The notes beneath the pieces were generated by a model that saw only the letters and a program-made list of their open reading frames with translations, did not search any database and was not told the DNA's origin. A DNA stretch of 64,000 nt from positions 1-64,000 of the forward strand of contig JAXGPF010000016.1 in NCBI GenBank assembly GCA_040767085.1. Direction: 5' to 3'. The translations under genes and the position numbers were made by a program. This document shows positions 50,199-58,402 of this stretch, in pieces; position 1 is the stretch's first letter; every line of letters begins with the position of its first letter. Source of the DNA: Kiritimatiellia bacterium. Lineage in GTDB: Bacteria; Verrucomicrobiota; Kiritimatiellia; JAAZAB01.

Positions 50199-52496
50199 TT
50201 ACCAGCTCACCCGCCAGACGCCGGTGCTGAGTTGGTAGGTCTGGCCGCGGTAAGGTATGTTGAAATCCGTCAGGCTGGACAATTCCACGCACCATACAAT
50301 GAAATCGTCCACGATTTCAACCTGGGCGGGATCGCAGAACGGATCATTGTCATAATACCCCGGCAGCGGCAGGCCGGCGCCGGAACTGACACCGAACTCA
50401 GTTTCATGCAGTTGGCCGGACCGGCTCAACCGCATCTGCCACAAGTTCACATCCGTCCAGTAAACGGAAAGATCCAGCTTGCCGTCGCCGTCATAATCGC
50501 CGGCAGCCGGCGCCGCGCCTACCCCGCCCAGGGTATCCTCCCAGAGGCCAGCGCGCGAACCGCGCACGGTCCACTTGCCCGTAGCAGCCTGGTAAACCGC
50601 GATATCCGTCCGGCCATCCCCATCGTAATCGCCCGGTACGCCTTGCTTCCCTGGTCCGCCGAAAGCTATTTCCTGCACGGTCCAGGCAGGGACGTTGCCG
50701 ATGTACCAGCGCCCGCCGGCCGCCCAGTAAATCGCCGGATCGGTCATGCCGTCGCCATTGTAATCTCCCGGCACGGGAACCGCCTCCGACCAGCCGAACA
50801 CAGCCGAGGCGTATTGCTCCTGCGGCAGCAGCAAGGCGTGCCAGGCGCCGCTGGCCTGGTCGTACAAACACAGGTCCAGGAAGCCGTTGCCGTCATAATC
50901 GCCGGGGACCGGCGTCAGGTTCATGCCCGGGACGCCGAAAAAGTACCGGCCGCTGAAACCGCCGGAAAGGTATCCGTACCAATAACCGTCAGCGGGATTG
51001 TAAAACCACAAATCTGCCCGGCCGTCACCGTCAAAGTCACCGGGGGTGGCGACGATCTTGCCGGAACGATAAGCGCTGACGGCCGTCGTTTGCAGGGGCG
51101 TGGGATAAGCATCCGTCGCCCGGACCTTGACCCGCAGGTACTTGCCGCGGTCGGCCGCCGTCACCATGTAATCCGTGGCAGTGGACCAGCTGCGCACCAC
51201 CACCTGCCCGGAGCCGGAAGGGGTATCGGCGCGTTCCCACTGATATTCGAAACGCAGACGTTCCATATTGCGCCACAAGCCTGGCAGCGCCTGCAGCACG
51301 CGCCCGATGTTGGGAATGCCGACCACTTCCGGCGGCTCGTAATTCAAAGGCGCGCGGCTGGCGACCGTCAGGGTGGCCGTTAAAGTCATCGGCGCGTTGA
51401 TGGCGCGGATGCCGCCGTCTTCGTCCCAGGCGTCCACGGTAAACTCGCTGGAGTAATTGCCGGGCGGCAAGGCTCCGGCGGAAAAAACCACGCTGACCGC
51501 CGCCGCACCATCCTGCACCACGCCGGTCTCCGGCTCGAACCGCAGCCATGTTGCCTCCGTGGCGATGCTGTAACGCATCGGGCGGCGCGGTGCGGCGGCG
51601 CTGTTCCATATGCCCAGCACGTTCGTCTGTGACAACTGCTGCAAAACATTCGCGGTCATCTGGCTGGCTTCCACGGCGAGGGCCGCGCGGCCAATGACGC
51701 GCAACTCCAGGTTGGTGGCCAGATTCCCGACCGGGGCGCCGCTCCAATCGTCAAAACAGCGCACCGTCAGCGTACCGCCGTAAATGCCCGCGCCCAGGCC
51801 GGCGACATCGTACTGCACGACCAGGCGGTGCAACTCGCCGCTGCTGACGCCGCTGGCGGGCGTCACGGCGGCGACCCATTGGCGCAGATCGTCCGACAGG
51901 TTGACTTCGTACCGCATGCGCCCCTTCGGCAACGCGCTATTGTTCCAAACCTGGAACTCGCGATCGGGCACGGATTCCCCCTCGTTGACCTGGACATTCA
52001 GGCCCGGCTCGACCAGCCCCACATCCCATCCCGGCACGGGCGCCTGGTTGACCCGCAGGTTAACGTTGACCTGGACCGGGCTGCCGCCGGCGGTCGGGGC
52101 GGTAATGGTAAACCAACCCTGGTAATTATCGGCGGGCAGATTGCTGCTGTTGAAGGAAACCACGTGGGTGATGGTTTCGCCGTAACTGACGCCGCTGGTG
52201 GGCGAAATGGAAAGCCAGTTGCCGCCATCCAGGGTTTGCACGGTTATTTGATACGGCATGGCTTCCCCGGCGGGGAAACCGTTATTGGCGATTTTTAGAT
52301 CGACGGGAGCGGCATTATATCCCAACGAAGCATCGATATTAATCGCCGCCGGTTCCACCCACAGCATCGGCAAGGCAAAAGCCTGCCAGCTCCAGCACAA
52401 CCACGCAACCGCCATCCAGGCCCGCCGGCGTCCGGCGGCACGGCCCGGGAAACAACGCGCGGCAATATCAACGGCAACCTGCCGGTTAAGATGCAT
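50199..52496 (-). CDS. Secreted protein with about three BACON/Ig-like domains and C-terminal FG-GAP (GDYDGDG) repeats
   Basis: Repeated WLS..P.SG...L..G.Y.G..T modules, a Y.YQW.R...D.GKYL.V module and six GDxDGDG-like repeats. Confidence 0.8.
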   Translation of the reverse strand: MHLNRQVAVDIAARCFPGRAAGRRRAWMAVAWLCWSWQAFALPMLWVEPAAINIDASLGYNAAPVDLKIANNGFPAGEAMPYQITVQTLDGGNWLSISPTSGVSYGETITHVVSFNSSNLPADNYQGWFTITAPTAGGSPVQVNVNLRVNQAPVPGWDVGLVEPGLNVQVNEGESVPDREFQVWNNSALPKGRMRYEVNLSDDLRQWVAAVTPASGVSSGELHRLVVQYDVAGLGAGIYGGTLTVRCFDDWSGAPVGNLATNLELRVIGRAALAVEASQMTANVLQQLSQTNVLGIWNSAAAPRRPMRYSIATEATWLRFEPETGVVQDGAAAVSVVFSAGALPPGNYSSEFTVDAWDEDGGIRAINAPMTLTATLTVASRAPLNYEPPEVVGIPNIGRVLQALPGLWRNMERLRFEYQWERADTPSGSGQVVVRSWSTATDYMVTAADRGKYLRVKVRATDAYPTPLQTTAVSAYRSGKIVATPGDFDGDGRADLWFYNPADGYWYGYLSGGFSGRYFFGVPGMNLTPVPGDYDGNGFLDLCLYDQASGAWHALLLPQEQYASAVFGWSEAVPVPGDYNGDGMTDPAIYWAAGGRWYIGNVPAWTVQEIAFGGPGKQGVPGDYDGDGRTDIAVYQAATGKWTVRGSRAGLWEDTLGGVGAAPAAGDYDGDGKLDLSVYWTDVNLWQMRLSRSGQLHETEFGVSSGAGLPLPGYYDNDPFCDPAQVEIVDDFIVWCVELSSLTDFNIPYRGQTYQLSTGVWRVSW

Positions 52497-52672
52497 ATCC
52501 CCTCTCCCTTCGGATTTTCAACAGCCCGATATTTCTGACTTGTCTGTACGGTCAAGATACTAGAATTACCGTAAAAACACAAGCTGCATTCGATATAAAA
52601 TCAACCCCGGCCCAAAACCTCTCCGGCCCATAATTCTTCCGCCCTCCGCCCAAGCCCCGCCCGGCCGGCGGC

Positions 52673-55132
52673 CTATCGGGAATTTTCGTCCATGGCCTTC
52701 CGCAGCGCGCCAACCAGGGGTGAATCGGGGTTGACGCTTTGCATGAAAACCAGCATGCGCAAGGCTTTCGGGCGGTTAGCCTGCTGCAAATACAGCAAGC
52801 CGGCCTGGTAGGCATATTGCGCCGCCTGCTGGCGGTCGCCTTTCCGGGCGTAAGCCACGCCCAGGTTGTAACAAGCGCCGGCATAATTCCGGTCATGCCG
52901 CAGAGTTTGTTGAAAGGCCTGAATCGCGCCATCCACATCGCCGGCATCCCAGCGTTGGATGCCGGCGCGGTAAGATTCGTCGGCCGGCCGGAGCGCGGCT
53001 TCCGCCGGCATGGCGGGGGGCTGCACAGCCCGGCGGGCTTCGGCCAGCAGCCGCGCTTCGGCCGCCTGCAACTGAGCGGCATCCGGCGCCGGCGCCGCGG
53101 CCGCGGCGGACGGCGCTGCCAACCCGGCCGCCGCTCCCGGCGCTCCCCCGGCCGGCCGCGGTTGCATGGCCTGAGCGCTCAGTTCGCGCAGGATGTCCGC
53201 CAGCACAGCGGCCCGTTGCTCCAGCTTTTGCAGTTCCACCCGCGTAGATTCCTGTTCCCGTTTATCGGCCGCCGTGCTCATTTCCATGGCGGTTTCGGCT
53301 TGCTCCAGGCGCTCGATTTCCGTCCGCAACGCCTGCCGGGCGTCCAATTGCCCGGCCAGGTCGCGCGCCTGGGCGTGCAAGCCTTCCAGTTGTTCCCGCA
53401 GTTTCCCGGCCTGGCGCTGCAGTTCATCCCACTGCCCCGCCGCCGCCTGCCGGCGGGCTTCGGCGGCCTGGCGCAGGATGCGAGCCTGCTCCAGGTCGCG
53501 TGCGGCATGGCGGTCGGCGCGCAATTGTTTTTCCAGCGCCGCTTGCCTGGCCTGGGCTTCCTTCAGTTCCGTCTGTAGAGTTTGAATTTGGCGCGTTTGT
53601 TCCTGCGCGCGTTCCGTCTGGACGCCGGCGGCGGCTTCTAATTCCGCGGTCTCCCGCGCCAAATCCTCCGCTTGCCGGCGGAGTTGGTCGTTGGCAGCCT
53701 GGTCGGTCTCCAAGCGCGCCAGACGGGCGCGCGTGTCTTCAATTTGCTTTTGCAGGACGGTCCGTTGCCTGTCCAATCCGGCGCGCTCCTCCTCCAGGGC
53801 TGTCCGGCGCCGTTCCTGGCCGGCGCGCTCCTTTTTCAATTCCGCCAGGCGGCGGCGCGTTTCCCCGGCGGAACTGCGGTCCGCTTCGGATGCGGCCAGG
53901 CCGGCGCGCAATTCCTGCAAGCTGGCTTCAGACTGGCGCACGCGGTTTGACGCCGCCGCCGCCGCCGCCGCCGCCTGATCAACAGCCTGCTGGCCGGCGG
54001 CATGGGCGGCCTGGGACGCCGTCAACTCCCGCTGCAGTTGCGCAAGTTCGCGCGCCTGGCGTTCGCCTGCGGCCAGTTGTTTCCGGCCGTTGTCGAGTTC
54101 CGCCTGCAACGCTTCCGCTTGCCGCATGCGCTCCGCCGCCGCTTTTTCCTGTTCCGCCGCGTCCCGTTGCAACTCGGCATGGCGTTCGGCCAATTCCGCC
54201 GCCCGGCGACGCAACTGCTCGCTTTCGGCCCGCATGGCGACGAACGCCTGCTGGCGGCGTCGCACATCTTCCAGCGTCCGGACCAGCTCCGCCTGGCGCC
54301 GCTCCGCTGCCTGGCGCCGGGCAGCCAGGTCCGCCTGGCGTTGATCCAACTCCGTCCCGGCGGCTTGCAAATCGTCGAGATGCTGCCGCATTTTCAGCAG
54401 GGCGGCCTGCTCGGTTTCTTCTTGCGCCAGGCCGGCGCGCATTTCCGCCAGGCGGGCTTCCAGTTGCAGCGCGTTATTTTCCATGGCATCGGCGGCGGCC
54501 GCGGCCTGCTCCAATTCCCGCAGGCGGGTTTCGCGCGCGGCGCGCGTCTTTTCGATTTCATCCTGAATGGCGCGGGCGTTTTTGACCTGGTTATCAAAGT
54601 CGCGGCGCCGCTGCTCCAGTTCCCGCATACGCAGGCGGGCCTCGCGGATGCGCTGCTCCTGCTCCGCCCGCGCAGCGTGGAGTTCCGCCATCTGGCGTTC
54701 CGAATCCTTGCGCGCCTGCTGCAAATCCGACAATTGGCCGTGCAGTTTCCGCGTGCGGCCGGCCTGCTGGGCAGCATCCTCCAAGTCGCCGGCCAGCACT
54801 TTGATCCGGGCCAGCAATGCATCCAATTCCCCGGCACGGCCAGCCGTTTCACCGGCCAACTGGTCCCGGGCGGCGCTGGTTTTTTCACCGCGGTCCTGTT
54901 CCAGCCGGATTTGCTTTGCGAGGAGTTCCGCCTCCTGCACCACCCCGCGCAATTCGTCCAGCAGGGCCCGCGACGCCTGTTCCACCCGCATCAAATCCGC
55001 CGCGGCCTGGTCTGCCCGGGGCGTGATCGGCGCATCCGCGGCTGCCGCCGGAGACGCGCTGGCGGCAGCCATGGCCCACGCGGCGCAAGCCGCATAAATC
55101 GCTGCCAGTGGCCGTTGCTTGTAACATCGCAT
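52673..55132 (-). CDS. Exported long coiled-coil protein with C-terminal TPR domain
   Basis: GGAGGAG RBS, signal peptide, about 600 aa of A/E/Q/R/L heptads, Pro/Ala linker and TPR (A.YNLGVAY). Confidence 0.8.
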   Translation of the reverse strand: MRCYKQRPLAAIYAACAAWAMAAASASPAAAADAPITPRADQAAADLMRVEQASRALLDELRGVVQEAELLAKQIRLEQDRGEKTSAARDQLAGETAGRAGELDALLARIKVLAGDLEDAAQQAGRTRKLHGQLSDLQQARKDSERQMAELHAARAEQEQRIREARLRMRELEQRRRDFDNQVKNARAIQDEIEKTRAARETRLRELEQAAAAADAMENNALQLEARLAEMRAGLAQEETEQAALLKMRQHLDDLQAAGTELDQRQADLAARRQAAERRQAELVRTLEDVRRRQQAFVAMRAESEQLRRRAAELAERHAELQRDAAEQEKAAAERMRQAEALQAELDNGRKQLAAGERQARELAQLQRELTASQAAHAAGQQAVDQAAAAAAAASNRVRQSEASLQELRAGLAASEADRSSAGETRRRLAELKKERAGQERRRTALEEERAGLDRQRTVLQKQIEDTRARLARLETDQAANDQLRRQAEDLARETAELEAAAGVQTERAQEQTRQIQTLQTELKEAQARQAALEKQLRADRHAARDLEQARILRQAAEARRQAAAGQWDELQRQAGKLREQLEGLHAQARDLAGQLDARQALRTEIERLEQAETAMEMSTAADKREQESTRVELQKLEQRAAVLADILRELSAQAMQPRPAGGAPGAAAGLAAPSAAAAAPAPDAAQLQAAEARLLAEARRAVQPPAMPAEAALRPADESYRAGIQRWDAGDVDGAIQAFQQTLRHDRNYAGACYNLGVAYARKGDRQQAAQYAYQAGLLYLQQANRPKALRMLVFMQSVNPDSPLVGALRKAMDENSR

Positions 55133-55207
55133 AACACGCTCCTCCATCGCCGCGCCGGCCGCTGGCCGGCGCCGATTCCCGCCATGTTTAATTTTCCGGA
55201 ATCCCGG

Positions 55208-55281
55208 CGCCCCCGGCAGGACTCGAACCTGCGGCCGTCGGATTAGAAATCCGATGCTCTGTCCGGCTGAGCTACGGGGGC
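55208..55281 (-). tRNA. tRNA-Arg (UCU), CCA not encoded
   Basis: Cloverleaf GCCCCCG-TA-GCTC..GAGC-A-TCGGA-TT-TCT-AA-TCCGA-..-GCAGG-TTCGAGT-CCTGC-CGGGGGC-G. Confidence 0.95.
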
Positions 55282-55508
55282 GGACACGCAAGCAAACATC
55301 AGCCGCATGCGCTGCCAGGACTGCCGGCGGCCCCATGACGCTGATGCCACCGTTGGCAAGGTTAACAATTCGCCCGCTAAAAGGCAAAAAAAAACGGCGC
55401 GGAATCCCCGCCGGCTAATTTCCCTGCGTTTACGGCTTGACCAGCCGCGTCCGATTTGTATATTGGCCTGTATGTAACAGTTTTCTGTTTGAGGAAGGAA
55501 CCAGCAAT

Positions 55509-56807
55509 ATGGGCATGACCATTACGGAAAAAATTCTGGCGCGGGCGGCCGGGCGGCCGGCGGTGGCGCCGGGTGAAAACATCTGGGTGAAAGCCGATAT
55601 CCTGCTGACCCATGACATTTGCGGGCCCGGCACTATCGGCATTTTTCAACGCGAATTCGGCGAAGATGCGCGGGTCTGGGATCCGGAAAAAGTGGTGATC
55701 CTGCCCGATCATTACATTTTCACCAAGGACGAAAAAGCGCGCCGCAACGTGGATCTCCTGCGCGCATTCGCCGCACGGCAGAAACTGCCGTATTATTACG
55801 ATGTCGGCACGCCGCGGTACCGCGGCGTCTGCCATGTCGCCCTGCCGGAAGCCGGGCATGTGCGGCCCGGCGAAGTGATCTTCGGCACCGACTCCCATAC
55901 CTGCACGCACGGCGCGCTGGGGGCCTTTGCCACCGGCATCGGCAATACCGACGCCGGCTTTGTCATGGGCGCCGGCAAACTGCTGATCAAGGTGCCCGAG
56001 ACCCTGCGTTTCACCATCTCGGGCAAGCGGCCGGAATACATCATGGGCAAGGACATGATCCTGCGCATCATTGGCGACATCGGTTTCGAGGGCGCCACCT
56101 ATTGCGCCATGGAGTTCGACGGCCCGGCGATCGAGGCCCTGGAAGTCGAAGAGCGCATGACGATCTGCAACATGGCAATTGAGGCCGGCGGCAAAAACGG
56201 CATCATGGCGCCCAATGAACTCACGCTGCAATACGTGCGGGAGCGTACCCAAAAACCATTCACACCCGTTTACAGCGACCCGGACGCCCGCGCCGCCCGC
56301 CACATGCAATACGACCTGGCGGATTTTGTGCCCTGCGTCGCCCAGCCGCATGCGCCGGATCAATACGCCCCGGCCGCCAGCCTGGCGGACGTCAAACTGG
56401 ACCGCGCCTATATCGGATCCTGCACGGGCGGCAAGCTATCGGACTTCACCGCCGCCGCCCGCATCCTGCAGGGGCGCCGGGTGAAGATCGACACCTTCCT
56501 GGTGCCGGCGACAGCCGAGGTGGCGGATGGCCTGCAGACCTGCAGGCTAAAGCATCAGTCCCTGGCGGAAATTTTCCGCGATGCCGGCTGCCTGGAGATC
56601 GCCCCGCCTTCCTGCGCCGCCTGCCTGGGCGGACCGGAAGACACGTTCGGCCGCACCCGCAGCCGGGAAGCGGTCATCAGCACCACCAACCGCAATTTCA
56701 TCGGCCGGATGGGCTCCAAGGAAGCGCGGATTTTCCTGGCATCGCCGCTGACGGCCGCCGCTTCAGCCATTAACGGACGGATCACCGACCCGCGCGATTT
56801 CCTGTAA
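55509..56807 (+). CDS. leuC: 3-isopropylmalate dehydratase large subunit (HacA/LeuC type 2)
   Basis: MTITEKIL, DH, GVCH, GTDSHTCT.GA, IGSCTGG, C.ACLG, STTNRNF.GRMG and LASP motifs. Confidence 0.92.
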   Translation: MGMTITEKILARAAGRPAVAPGENIWVKADILLTHDICGPGTIGIFQREFGEDARVWDPEKVVILPDHYIFTKDEKARRNVDLLRAFAARQKLPYYYDVGTPRYRGVCHVALPEAGHVRPGEVIFGTDSHTCTHGALGAFATGIGNTDAGFVMGAGKLLIKVPETLRFTISGKRPEYIMGKDMILRIIGDIGFEGATYCAMEFDGPAIEALEVEERMTICNMAIEAGGKNGIMAPNELTLQYVRERTQKPFTPVYSDPDARAARHMQYDLADFVPCVAQPHAPDQYAPAASLADVKLDRAYIGSCTGGKLSDFTAAARILQGRRVKIDTFLVPATAEVADGLQTCRLKHQSLAEIFRDAGCLEIAPPSCAACLGGPEDTFGRTRSREAVISTTNRNFIGRMGSKEARIFLASPLTAAASAINGRITDPRDFL

Positions 56808-56831
56808 CGCGATTTTTGCAAAGGAAAGGAC

Positions 56832-57392
56832 ATGAGCGAAAAAAGACCAACCATCATCCGCGGCAAGGTTTACGTGGCCGGCGATAACATCGACACCGAC
56901 CAGATCATCCCCGCCCAGTACCTCAACCTGGTGCCGACCATTCCGGCGGAATACCGCAAACTCGGCCAGTACGCCCTGAGCGGCCTGCCCGCGGAATGCC
57001 CGCCGCTGGTCCAGCCCGGCGCGGAAAGTTCGGAATACGTTTTGATCCTGGCCGGCCGCAACTTCGGCTGCGGCTCCTCCCGCGAACACGCCCCCATCGC
57101 CCTGGGCGCCGCCGGCATCCGCGCGGTGGTGGCGGAGTCGTACGCCCGGATTTTCTTCCGCAATGCCATCGCCACGGGCGAGTTGTTTCCCTGTGAAGCG
57201 GCCGCACCCGGGTTACGCCAGAATTTCCGCACCGGCGACGAAGCCGAACTGGACCTCAACCATTCCCGCCTGACCCATCTCGCCAGCGGCCAGGTCTTCT
57301 CTTTAAAAACCCTGGGAGACGCGGGCCCGGTAATCGCCGCCGGCGGCATTTTCGCTTACGCGCGCCAAACGGGAATGTTAAAAGCCAAGTGA
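56832..57392 (+). CDS. leuD: 3-isopropylmalate dehydratase small subunit
   Basis: DNIDTDQIIP, NFGCGSSREHA and ARIFFRN motifs. Confidence 0.92.
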   Translation: MSEKRPTIIRGKVYVAGDNIDTDQIIPAQYLNLVPTIPAEYRKLGQYALSGLPAECPPLVQPGAESSEYVLILAGRNFGCGSSREHAPIALGAAGIRAVVAESYARIFFRNAIATGELFPCEAAAPGLRQNFRTGDEAELDLNHSRLTHLASGQVFSLKTLGDAGPVIAAGGIFAYARQTGMLKAK

Positions 57393-57442
57393 ATTGCAAA
57401 GGATGAAACTGCATCGGCGCCAGCCCGGCGCAGGCAGTTTGC

Positions 57443-58363
57443 ATGATTAATCCGATGCGCATTATCGCCTTTGCGAATCAGAAGGGCGGCGTCGGCAAGA
57501 CTACCACCGCCGTCAACCTGGCCGCCGGCCTGGCGGAGCGGCGTCAAAAAGTCCTGTTGATCGACCTCGACCCCCAGGCCAACGCCACCAGCGCCCTGGG
57601 CTTGGAGAAAAAGCCCGGCGGCAGTCTTTACCTGCCCTTGCTGGGCGAAGCGGACCTGCGCGCTAAAATCGTCCCCACCGGCGTCCCGAACCTGGACCTG
57701 ATCCCGTCCGAAATGGACCTGGCCGGCGCGGAAGTGGATGTCGCGCGTTCGGACCGCTACCTGCACCGCCTGCGCGAGGCGCTGGCGCCGCTGGCGGACA
57801 GACGGCCCTACCGTTACATCCTGATTGACTGCCCGCCGTCTTTGGGAATTCTCACCTGCAACGCCCTGGCCGCGGCGCACGCCTTGATCATTCCCGTGCA
57901 ATGCGAATACCTGGCGCTCGAAGGACTGTCCATGATCGCGCGGCTGGTGCAGCAGTTGCGCGACAGCGGCGCTAACCCGGGCCTGGAGATCGAAGGCATT
58001 GTCATGACCATGTTCGACGGCCGGACGCGACTGGCCGCCCAGGTGGCCGAAGAGGTCCGCCGCCATTTCGGCGCGAATGTTTACGAAACCCTCATCCCGC
58101 GCAACATCCGCATCAGCGAAGCGCCCAGTTTCGGCAAACCGGTGGGGCTCTATGACGCCCGGTCGCCGGGCGCCAGGGCTTACCGCAAACTGGCCCTGGA
58201 ATTCATGCGGCGGCGCAAGCAAGCGGCGGCGCCGCCGCCGGCGCCGCAACCCGATCCCGCGCCCCAGACGGCCGTCCCCGCGCCGGACTCAATGCCGGCC
58301 GATGATGCCGCGCCGGCCGCGGCCGGCGCCGGCGGCGAACCCAGCGCCCCGCCCGCATCCTGA
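57443..58363 (+). CDS. parA: ParA/Soj-family ATPase with a Pro/Ala-rich tail
   Basis: NQKGGVGKTT, DLDPQANAT, DCPPSLG, QCEYLALEG and IPRNIRISEAPS motifs. Confidence 0.92.
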   Translation: MINPMRIIAFANQKGGVGKTTTAVNLAAGLAERRQKVLLIDLDPQANATSALGLEKKPGGSLYLPLLGEADLRAKIVPTGVPNLDLIPSEMDLAGAEVDVARSDRYLHRLREALAPLADRRPYRYILIDCPPSLGILTCNALAAAHALIIPVQCEYLALEGLSMIARLVQQLRDSGANPGLEIEGIVMTMFDGRTRLAAQVAEEVRRHFGANVYETLIPRNIRISEAPSFGKPVGLYDARSPGARAYRKLALEFMRRRKQAAAPPPAPQPDPAPQTAVPAPDSMPADDAAPAAAGAGGEPSAPPAS

Positions 58364-58402
58364 ACCCGCCGCCGCGCCGGGCGGCGGCTCCAGCGCCGGC
58401 GG

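Noticed and set aside
55208-55281. tRNA-Arg as an integration site for a genomic island
   Set aside because: No duplicated tRNA 3' end or integrase seen in the window; flanking genes look native.
55133-55387. N-terminal extension of the 904-aa ORF
   Set aside because: It runs through the tRNA-Arg gene; a strong RBS and signal peptide support the start at 55132.
57443-58363. Plasmid or prophage partition locus
   Set aside because: Chromosomal Soj-type sequence behind leuCD, with no parB, parS array or rep gene nearby.
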